Positions 51,893-64,000 of a DNA stretch of 64,000 nt are shown one piece after another. The first letter of the stretch is position 1; each line of letters starts with the position of its first letter. Both the position numbers and the translations under genes were made by a program. Source of the DNA: Lytechinus pictus (lineage: Eukaryota); NCBI RefSeq assembly GCF_037042905.1, contig NC_087251.1, positions 9,922,001 through 9,986,000 on the forward strand. The letters are read 5' to 3'. Below the pieces are notes generated by a model. It saw nothing but the letters and a program-made list of their open reading frames with translations, made no database searches and was not told where the DNA came from.

Positions 51893-54800
51893 TTAAGTGC
51901 TTTCCCATCTCTTTTCATCAAGAAAATTGAACAGAGAGCCTTTCCGGCTTTGATCTTGCCTGTCTTGTTATATTCTTTGCTTCTCCCTTTCTGAGTGTTC
52001 TTTCCATCACCATCTCTTTGATTCTCTACATATTTTTGAACTCTATCCTTTTGAATTTTGATGATTATTACTTTACTGAGAAGTGAAATAGACACATTCT
52101 TGAATATCAGATCAATTTATACAAACACTGCACTAAAGTCAAATGAAAATTAACCTCCTTCACCTTGCTAAACTCAAAACATTTATATCTTTAGTAATTT
52201 TCATGTAGACCTACATGTTAACAAAGAAAGTGGATGAAATATACAATTGAGAAGATATATGAATAAATATATATATAAAAATGCAAAATTCACATTTTGT
52301 CTCTAGTTTATAATGGTACATGAGCAATATCCTCATATTGGAGTTCAGATATTAGGAAATATGCAAGAGAATGCCTAATAGAAAATAATTTAAAACATGA
52401 TTTCTTAATAAACACAAAAACATTTTAAAAGAGTGGATGAAATATATAAAATGCTTTACATATTGGGTGCAGGTAGAAATCCATGAGATCCCTGATGATC
52501 AAACAATGATTAATCTAGTGAGTCTCCCATCACCCCTGGACAGTATCTACAAAGAGCTGGTGACATTGATTAGCTTGTTAAGCAATTACCGAATGATTCG
52601 TCATTGTTTTCTTTGTCCATGTAATATCATCTTGATCATTTTAATCAACAGGTCATAATGTCCGTCTGCAGCTAAACTCTCTCTTGAAAACCTTTGAATT
52701 TAGCGCTTTCTTGTTCCAAACAGAGAGTAAAGAAGTGTCCTGGTAAAGGTCAGGATATGACTGAGGTTGTCTGCTGTGATGGTCTGGTGTAAGCCAGAGA
52801 GCATTGACCAAACAGTCATAGATTGCTCATCATTAATTTAATTCAAACAGTGATTCACTGTCTTTTCTAATCATCCAAGCGAGTGTTTGATCATCAACAA
52901 CCATTGTACGCATTCAAAACTGCTGAATAATGATCATTATTTGTTTTATAAGTATTGTATTCATGTGAGATCAGCAGAGAAGAATAGACCAATGAACAAT
53001 AACTGTTGTTGGCTTGATATTGAAATATGTGATAGTAAGGGTTGAAAAATTACTTAGAGAATGGAAATGGAAAGTTTGACATTTTACTTTATAGTAAAGA
53101 TCATGATGTGAAGATTTCAAATCACAGTTTACACATAAATGAAGGCAGTACACGTTTTTCCAAGGAGCTCCTTGGTTTTTCATACAATTCAAGTATCCAA
53201 ACACCTGTGACATACCATTTTTTAGTACACCAATAGGCATAAAAAATGGGCAGATTTGACATCAAACATAGAATGTGCAATGTTTGGAATGCAAACCAGG
53301 CTATGAGAAGTTCACCATGCACCTGTTTTAATCAAGGCCACACTGCTTAATCTCATAATTTCCAAATTACTAACATGATGATGACGAGGCAGGAATAGCC
53401 ATTTGTGAAACGAGCAGAGCTCTGTTAAATTTGAATTGAAGAATGTACTTTCAAGAAGGGCAGACAAATTATTTGTAATTGGATTAGTAATAGTAATTTC
53501 ATTTTTCATATTGAAAATTGTAAAGGTAATGTATTTAAAGGACACTGCATTCACAAATGAATAATTACAGACATTTTCATGATGATCCCCTTTTTCTGTC
53601 AGATATTTAAATATAGGTCTAGATACAGCTCTAAAAGATTTCTATTATTACACAAAATGATAAGGGAATTAATTATGTACAAAGGTTTGAGTTAATTCCC
53701 TTTTGAATCAAAATATTTCCAGACAAAATATCATGAGTCAAGCATTTTTGTAACAAGATACAGCATGTTCAATTGTGTTTTAATGTGAAATTTATAAATC
53801 TCCTGGTTCTTGATTGATATACAGAAACTTCAGTAACTAAGTAAAGTAAATTGTACAGTTAAATTGACTTTTAAACAATACTTTGTATTTTATGTAAATT
53901 TTACTGATTAAATTTGTGAAAATTGTTTTTCTTTTTGATTGGGTAAAGTTTTGAAGACATAGGATGTTGAAATTGGATCCCAGTTACACTGGCCACCCCC
54001 TCCCAGGGCTTAACCCGGGCTGGGGAGATATTATCAAGATTAGGAAATTACAAAATTACCTGATAAGCTGAAAGATAAAGATTTCATGATTTTCTAATTT
54101 TGGGACACTCCAAGAGATTCCTGGCCTAGGGTTGGATTTATTGGAAGGAAAAGGAAATCCTTTTTTTGGAGGAAGGATGGAAATTTTAAGAGCAACGTCT
54201 GGTGTCTGGTCAGAAGCTTTTGCTTAACTGGACGAAGTGAAACCAAAAATAAATGTTGATTTAAAAATCTTCAAAGCTTCTAAACTAGTTTTTAGGGCCA
54301 AACAGAAGTTAGCATGTCTGAGCTTTGGCTTTACTACCAGACTTAATGTGGCTTATATATTCAGCAGCTTAGAAACAACCTCTGCAACAACTACACGCAT
54401 GTCATCCAACTAGAGTAGTCAGGAACATGTTCTAGAATACATTTCCTGAATTGATAGTCAAACTACATGACTGCTTAACTCAAGAAATGGTATGACTCTG
54501 ACAGGAGTTCATGCTACCCAACTGCCAAAAGAATTGGGTGGGATTTGGGAAAAAGTGTGGTAATCTTGATTCAGCACATATGATACACTTGAAAATTAGA
54601 TCATTTGATATAATAGCCTTCCTCTCTTTCCATAAAATGACATCACTTAAAATCACTTTCTAGTTATTCAACAATACTCATATTCCCCAGATTAGACTGT
54701 CACAAGGGCATATAAATCCTGTCAATTAATACAAAGGAATAGGGTGATTATATGGGGTTTTGAGAGATTATATTCCATTTATGTCTTTCTTGTTTTTCAC

Positions 54801-55729
54801 CATAGTGTAAAACATTTTACCAGTTTATCTCTTCCTCCTAATTGTGTACACTGGAAGATGTTGAGATATAAGCTAACCTTCTCCATTTGTATATTTCTCC
54901 ATGTTCCCCCTTTTCACTCCTTTAGTACATATTTACAGGGTTAGATTAACATTCTTCTCCTAAACAATAACACTTGGATAAATGTGAATAGTCAAGTAAA
55001 TATATAATAGTTTGGATTTCTTTTGATGATTTAAAACAATGCTTGATTGAAATTATACCATTATTTAGCTCCACTTGTTTATGTCTTTGATCAGTAGATC
55101 GTGCCTCATCATAGATAAGATGGAAATAAAGGAATCATGAACTAGTAATGACTAGAAATAGATCATGTGGTTTCTAGACTGATTGGGCTTAGTATAGACT
55201 TCCTTTTGAAAGATCAGTTGCTTAAAGCAGTTGCAAGGTCATTTACTCTTGTTTCATTTAGAACTTGGTTTTCAATGGTCATGCTGGTAGTAATTATTGC
55301 TTATAGCAACAGTTACATAATATTGTTTGATCTTATAAACATCCTGTTTGATGATGATGACATTGCTCGCTGTTAAGGTCACTACCCAGACACCAATGAA
55401 AATTTCAAAGGTTTTGAATTCTAGAGCATATTTTTGTATATAATTTATATTTGAAAAAAATATTTTAAAATAATTGTTTGCAATTTACATCCTAATTGAA
55501 TGGTTTACCTCTGGTGACAGGGGAGAATTGATTTGAAAATAAAAATGAAACAAAGATTTTTACAAATCATGTACAAAGAGAACTTCAAATTGCCCTGATC
55601 CCTATTTGGGGCTAAAACACATTTTGTAGCTACGTTTCCTCCACATTTCATTCTCTTAATGGAATAATTGCCTGGTTTTTAATTTACCAAGAGGTTATCT
55701 TCCACCAGCTGATGAAAGATCCACATTAA

Positions 55730-56314
55730 AGGAGAATGAAACCCTTGAAACCAGCTGAATCCATATCAAAGAGAAAAATCAAAGAAACATATTGTTGAAA
55801 ATTTGAGGAAGATTGAATGAATAATAAGAAAGTTATGAGCATTTGAATATTGAGATCACTAATGCCATGTAGATCCTCCTATTGGCAATGCGACCAAGAT
55901 CTGTGATGTCACACACGTACAACTCCCTCATTACTTTAGTACTTATTTCACTTATATTCTCACTTTTATAGAGTATATCACAAGGTTAGGTGTTCTCTTT
56001 ATGAGAGGACAAGTATAGAGGTTTCACAACATTATATCATTGATGAATCATTTTGTCATATGATTAGAATGAGCAAAAAGAGATGTTTTGGGGTATATTT
56101 TCAGTGTCCAAAAGGGGAGAGTTGTTCATCTGTGACATCATAGATCTTGGTCGCATTGCCAATAGGAGGATCTCCATAGCATTAGTGATCTCGACATTCA
56201 AATGCTCATAACTCTTCTATTGCTAGTCCTATTTTACTCAAACTTTTGTTGATCTTATTCTTTGATTTTTCTGCTTTCACAAAAGCTAACTTGCTCCAAG
56301 AGTTTCATTCTCCT
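55730..56314. mobile_element. Kolobok-type MITE, copy B
   Basis: Same termini and TTAA flanks (55726-29, 56315-18). Same orientation as copy A with only scattered substitutions. Confidence 0.88.
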
Positions 56315-58549
56315 TTAATGTAGGAAGTATCGAGTGTCATATATGCTGTGTTTCCTAGGTTGAGGCCTATCTTTTCAGCACAGGAATATCAAGAAGGGAT
56401 ACCTCCCTGAATTTCTTCCCCCTCCCAAGTCATTTCCAAGGCCACTCCATGGACTTGAAAGATATTATTATTTATAGATTCTACTTCTTTTTTAATTTCT
56501 ATTTATACTGTTTTTAGTAGGCTATTTTTTTAGTTTGGTCAATGGACACATGCTGATAGATTTTACAGTTTTTAAAGAAACAGAGTTTTATGATGATTGA
56601 TGATTTTATTTCAAAATATCAAAAAGTTGACTATATTTGGACTTAATCTTGTGAGGTTCTATTGGTTAATGTAAAAATGTATTACAATAAGATTTATGGG
56701 ATTTACAAGTAATTAATCAATTTTAACAGATTATGTTTAAGTATGGTGATGCTTCCTGAACATATATGAAGATTAAATATTCTTCAAACGGAAAGCAATT
56801 AGAAATTTTTCTTTTGTACAATATTGAGAGCAAGGGATAGTATTATTTTTATATTTAATTTTTTTTTTTTGTTGTTGTTTATTTATTAAATTTTTTGGAA
56901 GGGGGGGGGGGGGGTGCACTCGACTACATCGCTATACACACATGCAACCAAAGAGATGCATAACAAGCAAGATGTGTTTGAGATGTCAATTATTCTCCCC
57001 CCCCCCTCTCAAAAAAGGTTTGTTTTTTTCATAATTGATCAAATTTCATTTTGGTTATTTTCCCCATATTTCTTGATTTTCTTGTAAACAATAACCTGAT
57101 TGCGAGCATGTTTTATTGGGGTTATATTAGACAGGCTTCAGGGTAAATTTGACAGAGAAAGCATGTGAAAATACAAGCTCTTTGAGTATACTATAGATTT
57201 GAACAATCAAAATGAAAAATGTTGTGGGGGTGGTTTTGAAAATCTTTGGTCACGTGTTGTACAATGTTCAATAAATTCCTGGCGTCGTTAAAGAGGCGAA
57301 ATTACAAAAGTAAAAATAGAATAAACTTGGATGTCGAGGAGTGAAATCTTTCACACATTTTTAATTTTGTTGATAAGAAACGGAAAATATAAAGAGATAC
57401 CATCTTTATACATGATGGAGGTCAGGTAAAAAAAGGAGGATGTTGAAACTTCCAGGAAAGACCCTAATCAATGTAGAGAAGTTTTGAGTTTGAGCCAATA
57501 TCTATTAACTAGTTCTTTATCAAATATTGTGTTTCCTTTCTAAATTAAGAAAGGGGAGGCCTCTTTTCATGGATAATTAATACACGTCAGTTTTGGTTTT
57601 GGAGAGTAGTATGAATGAACTTCCAGAAATGCCAAAATGGAAAGAACTATAATAACCGAAAATTGATATTCTTAACAGACCTCAAGTACTTTAGATTGAG
57701 TTTAGAGTAATTAAGATAGATATACTTAAAAGAAGTGTTCTTTTCTTGTTAATGTCTAAAAGGACTTTTATTTAAACTGAAGTTACCATGTTATTTAAAT
57801 TCAGCAATTTTTCCATTAAATATAGTAACTATGTGAATGGACAGAGCTGGACAGACAACTGTTGTCTATTTTATTTCTATACCAGATGATCTATAGTTAG
57901 TGTATGACCAGTACTCCTTATGGATGTTTTTAAATTGGTTTCTTCCTTTCCTATATCTTTCTGAAGGATAAACAATTAAGCATCCTTGTACACTTTAATA
58001 GAAAGCCTGTGTATGAAGTAGACTCATTTCTTTTGTAATATGTATTAGAATACTGGAAAGAAAGTCAGAATTAGACTCCAAAACAGATATTTTTTATAAC
58101 AAATATTATAAAGAAGTCTTAAAAGGCCTTTTCTACTTTTTTTCTTCATTAGAACCATGTAACATGTAGGAGGTTGCTTAACAACTTGGCAATACGTTTT
58201 GTAGATATGTCTTTTTGAGCATTCATCAGTAACCACATAGTGTGTGGTAGCATAAGTAGCACTCTTTTGTGTATTCTTTGCATATTATATAAGGATGACA
58301 CAAAAGGGTGGTAATAACTTTAAAATCATGTTTTTTATCCCTTTGTTTTTAGTTAACCTTTATGATAACATGTATAGCATTTATCCTGTTAGGCTTTTAA
58401 CTGTGCTAGATCTGTGATTGTAGCATTGCTTATATGAAGCAAATTTTGTAATATTGTATTGGTCTCTTAAATAGATCAAAGCAATTATTGATAAAGAAGT
58501 TGTAACACTTTCTTAATTGATGAAATTCTTTTTTTTTTTCATTTTGCAG

Positions 58550-58619
58550 GGAACTACTAGCAGATCTTGAACAGAGTGATGAGGATCCTGTCAAGTTGGC
58601 CGATTGTTTCCTAGAAGTG
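58550..58619 (+). CDS. PLEKHG1: PLEKHG1/2/3-like RhoGEF, DH-domain exon
   Basis: Long poly-T tract then ttttgcAG (58548-49). The first G completes AGG (Arg), then ELLADLEQSDEDPVKLADCFLEV. Donor GTGAGT at 58620. Phases fit both neighbours. Confidence 0.92.
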
Positions 58620-61600
58620 GTGAGTGCTCTCTACTGGCTCATTATTTATGCAATCTTTTCATCATTACCCAATCACAATGCAGCTTTCAACAATTCACAG
58701 TTGAAAAAATAATTTTGATTGGTTGATATGTGGGACAGTTGCAGAGTTGGGAAGTGCCTTTAGAAACCTCTTGTGAATTTACCGGAAAGACATCTCCCCA
58801 CTCTCCTACTGGCAAAGTATCACTTCTTCAAGTTTAAATTTTCACTTTCACACTCAAATGTAAATGTTATTGTTTTGTTAGTATGGAAGTATTGATAGGT
58901 GATGATCCTTTGCCACAGGCTATGCAAATTATTTCTTGAATTCTATTTATAGGCATTTGATAACAATGTAAAACTATACTTGAAAAAAACACATAATATT
59001 AAATATAAATAGCCCAAATTCAAAAGAAATGCAAAGCATATAATCGTCCTAAGCAAATTGATAAAATAGTTTCTAATAATAGTGTTCAAATTTGTTTTTA
59101 AATTTTAAATTTATCTAGTTATTATTAAACTCTTTATTTATTAATTATCATACTTATGAAAACCAAATCTGTTTTATTTACATAATATCTAGTCCAAGGT
59201 AGCTGTTGAAAAGAGGAAGTTGTTGAGAGCATATAATTAAGACATGTGTCCTTAATTCAAAATGATTTGGGTTGTTTATGACCTTTTTGATTTGGTCCAA
59301 GATCAAAATTGTTAAGAAATCAAAATGGCATTCCAAATAATGAAATTAAATTTCTGTGACAGCAAGATTACTCACTGAATTGCACAGAAGCGCTTTTTCA
59401 GGAAATTGTTGATTAACTCTATGACTTATCACTCATTTTTACTCCTATATTGATTGCACTTTCACCAGACTGTATTGGGAGTTGTATGAAAGAGTTGAGT
59501 ATATTAGTTCATGGTATCTATCGGCACTTGTCGCCTGTAGTAATATTTGTCCCCTCCGGTTGGTCCCGTCCCTTGGATGAATATGGCCTGCCGACCCAAC
59601 CTGCCAGAGTGTGGCATGATGAATGGACTTGACAGTGATGGGCTTATAATGCCTCCCAGCTGGTCACTTTGTCATATCTATAACTCTCATATATTTTATG
59701 ATATCATTAAGGTCAAGAATGGGAGGGGACTGAGGAATGGATGCACTTTGTCACAGGGGTCAAAGATCCTTGTTTGTGTACCGCAGGCGGCCATTTTGAA
59801 ACAAAGAACAGAGTGCTATATTGTGACAAGATAGAATGTGTCTATTCCCCCAAGAAATTAAGAAGACTGATGAAATATCCAACAGAGTAAAAGAAGGATG
59901 TTATTTAAGGAATATTTGGTGCATGTATTGACAGATATGGTAGCAAATATTTTTGTATTTTTTGTTATTATTTTGACTAATACATGTACTGCATGTGTGA
60001 TCTGTGAAAAATATGTACCTAGTGTCATAAGAGATATCAGTTTATTAGGAAAGTTTCAATATGCATTTGTCATTCCAACCTCAAGCAAAACAACAACAAA
60101 ATGAAAAAAGAAATGGGAACAAAAGAAAACATGGATAGATAATTCAATCTCTGTTTCCCATAGCTTACCTTGGAATCAACATTCTAAAGTGACCCCTGTA
60201 AAATTTTGAAATGTTGATGCAAAAGAAAACTTTGAAATAGAGCTTTTATCCTGAAGCAATGACCAACAGTCATCTCTTTATGATATTACAAGGTGAGGGG
60301 AACTATTAAAAGGTTCAAAGGCAGTAAATAAGGTTCTATTGTGATTGTAGATCCTTTACCAGGAAGATGATTATATTGCACCTTGAGGGGTAGTAGGTCT
60401 AGGTTGAGGATTTGAGCTCCTCTTGACCTGTTTGTTGTTGAAGGTGTCACATATAAATGCTATGATAGACATCAAGCTGATACATATCTTGAGAAACTGA
60501 ATTTCCTCTCCTGAATTTAAACCGCAAAGACTGGAGCTGAAGAGTGAGAACTAGAGCCTAAGGATGTATTTGCCACCATCTCGTGATCGGTTCTCCTTGC
60601 TTCTATAAATCTTTTGGTTCTCTTTACACCTGCCTTTGTACTCACAAAACTATTGACACCTCTTCCCCTTCACCTGAAGATTGGTTTGTGGCATATGAAA
60701 GAAAAATGTTTCAAGTACAAGTGGATTGTAAGGGAAATTGAAACATTTTATTTTCTGAAGTGTTTTATTGCTTGCAGAGGCAAGCTAAAATGAAAAATAA
60801 ATGTGTCTATGACAAAAATGTTCACCGGTCTCAGTTTCTGTATTTTTTCAAAAGTCTCTTACTTAAGAGAAGAATCTTACTCCGGAAGAATCATCAATTT
60901 TTGATACCTTTTTTATATTTCACTTATTCCTTCCTTCAGAAAGAAAAAAACAAACATGCTATTCCTTTCATGGGTAGTTACCGTTCCACCTTTACACCAC
61001 TCCTACTCGGTATAATGTCAAAATACATTATCAGCTTTGAAAGATATCAATTAACACCCTTGACTCAAAGTGATTAATACTAATTTGGTGTCCATTAATT
61101 AGATTGTTGCGCCCACAGATTGAACCTGAGCAGACACCGCCATTGCTCTGCTGAATGAGTAGAGGGTACTTACTGAACTTGACAGGTCTAAAATGTTAGG
61201 TATTCAAGACATGGTTGCACTGACTAATTTGTGGTTGGTTTATGCATGGACCTATTACGATAGGTCCATGGTTTATGGAAGAGCATTGGAGGAATAAAAT
61301 AACCAAAAAAAGCTAATATATCCTGGGAAACTTGAAAGAGTTTTCTCTGTCTCTGTTTCACAGTCGCTAATGAACTTAAATCGAAAAACCACAACGTAAT
61401 TACTGCGATGACATTCTTTGGATAGAATTGATTCAATATTTAGAAGTGAGGGAAAAAGGTTGTGTGGGTACACACAAATTCCATTCAATTAATTAATTTT
61501 CTGGGTTGCAATGTGAGTGAATGCAAGGGCATTGACATGGTCAAGTGTATTTTGAAATGTGTTATTTTAAATATTTTTTATAATTGTTGCTACAAGAACT

Positions 61601-61728
61601 TCTACTTGTACTTCTGCTTGTGCTTCAGTTGCTTCTGTTGTTATTGTCCGTTTTTGTTCTTCCTTTTTATTAGTTTTTTTTTTGTCATTCTGTCAAAGAC
61701 TATGATCACATTTTCCCTTATATTACAG

Positions 61729-61926
61729 GAGGATGAGTTCTGTATCTACACCAAATACTGTACCAACTACCCCAAGGCGGTGGATGTCTTGACAGAATGT
61801 ATGCAGGATCCTGTAATATCAGACTTCTTCAGAGAGCAGCAGGCACAGCTCAATCATGGTCTTGCCCTTGGTGCCTATTTACTCAAACCAGTACAGAGGA
61901 TACTCAAATACCATCTTCTCTTTCAG
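61729..61926 (+). CDS. PLEKHG1: PLEKHG1/2/3-like RhoGEF, DH-domain exon; gene continues beyond the window
   Basis: Acceptor tattacAG (61727-28). 66 codons [72 protein letters not shown] and [15 protein letters not shown] are typical of the PLEKHG1/2/3 DH domain. Donor GTAATG at 61927. Confidence 0.95.
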
Positions 61927-64000
61927 GTAATGAAATAGTACAGGTCCATTTTACTAGGTAGATTGAAGAGCACTCCTAATACTCATTTGCCTTCTGCCCT
62001 GCAGAAGGAGATTGACTTTGAAAAAAAAAAGTCAACCCCAAATTGTAGCTGACTTTTGATTGTCAAAACTGGTTTTCAAAAAGCTTCTTCCTTTTATTTA
62101 TGACATTGCAGACAAAATGGTATAAATTTCTCACTCATGTCGAATACATCTTTTTTATGAGAAATATTGTAAAGTCATATTTTCAAAAAGATGAATGAAA
62201 ATAGATTGAGTTTTTTTTTGAAAATCATTGTTTTAATGAATTATAACCTTTTTTTATTAACTGAAATATTACAACCCTATTTGAAGTTCTTAGCAGATGG
62301 TTGTGCTTTACAGAAATCGTGATTTTTGTAAATTTATCAAATGCCCCTTGATATTTTTAAGAAAGAAAGATAAAAATATGTCACATCGTGATGTCATCAT
62401 CAAATTGGCACGACTACCAAATATCCAGGGTGGTATATTTTTGTAAGTTACCCTGAGGGTGTAGATTAGATAATGATGATGATTAATTATTCCATCATCG
62501 CTGAATGTCTCTCTTTGTCACCATTTTCAATAACAACATACCTGGGCCCATTTGTTGAGCAGGGGACATGAAGGGAAATTTCAAGGTGAACAATTCTTCC
62601 TTCTTTTGTTGAGTTATCAAACCTTGTGATGATGAATATAAATCATGTTTAATGAGGAATGTTTTCCTTTGATGTAGATGTTATGATTCATAATGGTTCA
62701 TAGTCCTGATAGCCTACTGGGAAGTAAGTGCACAGAAAAAAAAATTATACTACGATATAAATCATTTGATATTTGTAAAGGTTTATTGTTGTATTTTCTA
62801 AGTTTGATATCGGATACAGAATTGATTTGATATAAGACCATTTAGACTTTGCAAATGTATTTTACCCTTTTCATGATGCATGATAAACAAGTATGTAAGA
62901 AATATAAGGAAGCATGTAAGAAATCTAAAGTATGTCACTCCTGTCTGTTAGATATTATACTAACCAGACTCCTAGCAGTCAACAATAATTACTCTGACCT
63001 TAGTTCAGCATAGCTGCTTAGTGGTTCTATTGCATGTTCTGGGTCATATTTGGCAAATCCAGACCAATGCATTGCCAAAATACTTAAGAGGGATTTGAAC
63101 TATGTATATTCAAAGACCATATTGTTATCTACTAGACCAAGACACCATTACATCTGATTCTCGGTCAACACAAACCTATGTCCAGGTATACTCCTTGATT
63201 AAGAAGTCCTTTGACATTTTTCACTCTACACTTTCTATTCTTAGAATCCTATATGAGGTAGTTGTATGCACCCATGAGAGTATCTCTGTCATCCTAAAGA
63301 CCCATTGTTCTTAAGTTTCCTTTTTTTTCATTCTCATACCTACATGCTAAAGGCCAGAGATCTTGTCAGAGTTTCCCCTTCTAAATCTTTCCTCACTCTC
63401 CCATCTCTTTCCCATCTACATAATGGATCAATAGTAGTAAGTATTTAATCCCAGGTTCCGAAGTGAATCCAGAGTTATTCTCATATTCTCTATCTTGGTG
63501 TTAAAATCAGTTGAAAGTCGATTTGTAAATTATCAAATAGTGCAAGACTTTGCATTACAGGTTGTTTCTCAAAGATTTTTTTTCTTCCTTAATTTTGTCT
63601 GAATTTGTTATGAATTTCAGATATCTATGATTTGTATCCTGGCAGAGAAAGTGCTCTACTTCAAAGCGTATTCCTGTGAAGATTAAGTTTGCCTTGATTT
63701 TCCCCTTTCCCCTTTCAAATAATTCTGGGACAATGTTAAAAGTGTTTGCTCACACTAGAGAGGTATCCTTTTTTTCTTTCGCTCTTATATTTCTTTGAAT
63801 TTTATAAAAATAACCTTTCCCTTTCTTCCTGTGTGCTAACAACTTACCCTAGGTGAAACACCTTAAAAACTCAGGTGGCTCTTTATCTTGGCTTACAGCC
63901 ATATTTGCTCCAGTTTGGATTAATCTTTTTTTTCGGCCTTATGATTTTTGTGGTTTGTTTTTCAATATTGGAAAGTAGAAGTTGTGTGGTAAAGAAAATC

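Noticed and set aside
11990..61070. About a dozen TGA(G/C)TCA AP-1-like sites
   Set aside because: Only modestly above rough chance expectation for a 7-mer in 64 kb; not convincing without a computed background.
61462..61728. 5' extension of the 158-aa ORF (Cys/Phe-rich, hydrophobic)
   Set aside because: It is the T-rich intron end upstream of the acceptor at 61728; only 61729-61926 is DH-like.

Overview
AT-rich, intron-rich animal DNA with no prokaryotic features. The repeat landscape resembles echinoderm (sea-urchin-like) genomes, which is an inference. The window holds the 5' part of one large + strand gene encoding a Dbl-family RhoGEF of the PLEKHG1/2/3 type. Four exons with canonical AG/GT sites (46617-47665, 50945-51045, 58550-58619, 61729-61926) splice in frame into a low-complexity N-terminus followed by most of the DH domain, and the gene continues past the window. 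The first of these exons needs a phase-1 donor. Four upstream ATG-initiated mini-ORFs each end on a phase-1 GT donor (10441-10501, 13165-13186, 23778-24078, 36791-36935), suggesting alternative first exons with different N-termini. The most upstream AUG lies inside a ~75-90 nt stem-loop that also overlaps uORFs. The rest is intron or intergenic DNA with many non-autonomous DNA transposons: Tc1/mariner-type, hAT-type (one nested), Kolobok-type (a near-identical pair in one intron), Harbinger-type, and two Helentron/DINE-1-like elements whose subterminal repeats co-vary. Many TACATGTA and TAGGCCTA palindromes could be excision footprints. No rRNA, tRNA, CRISPR array or transposase ORF is supported.
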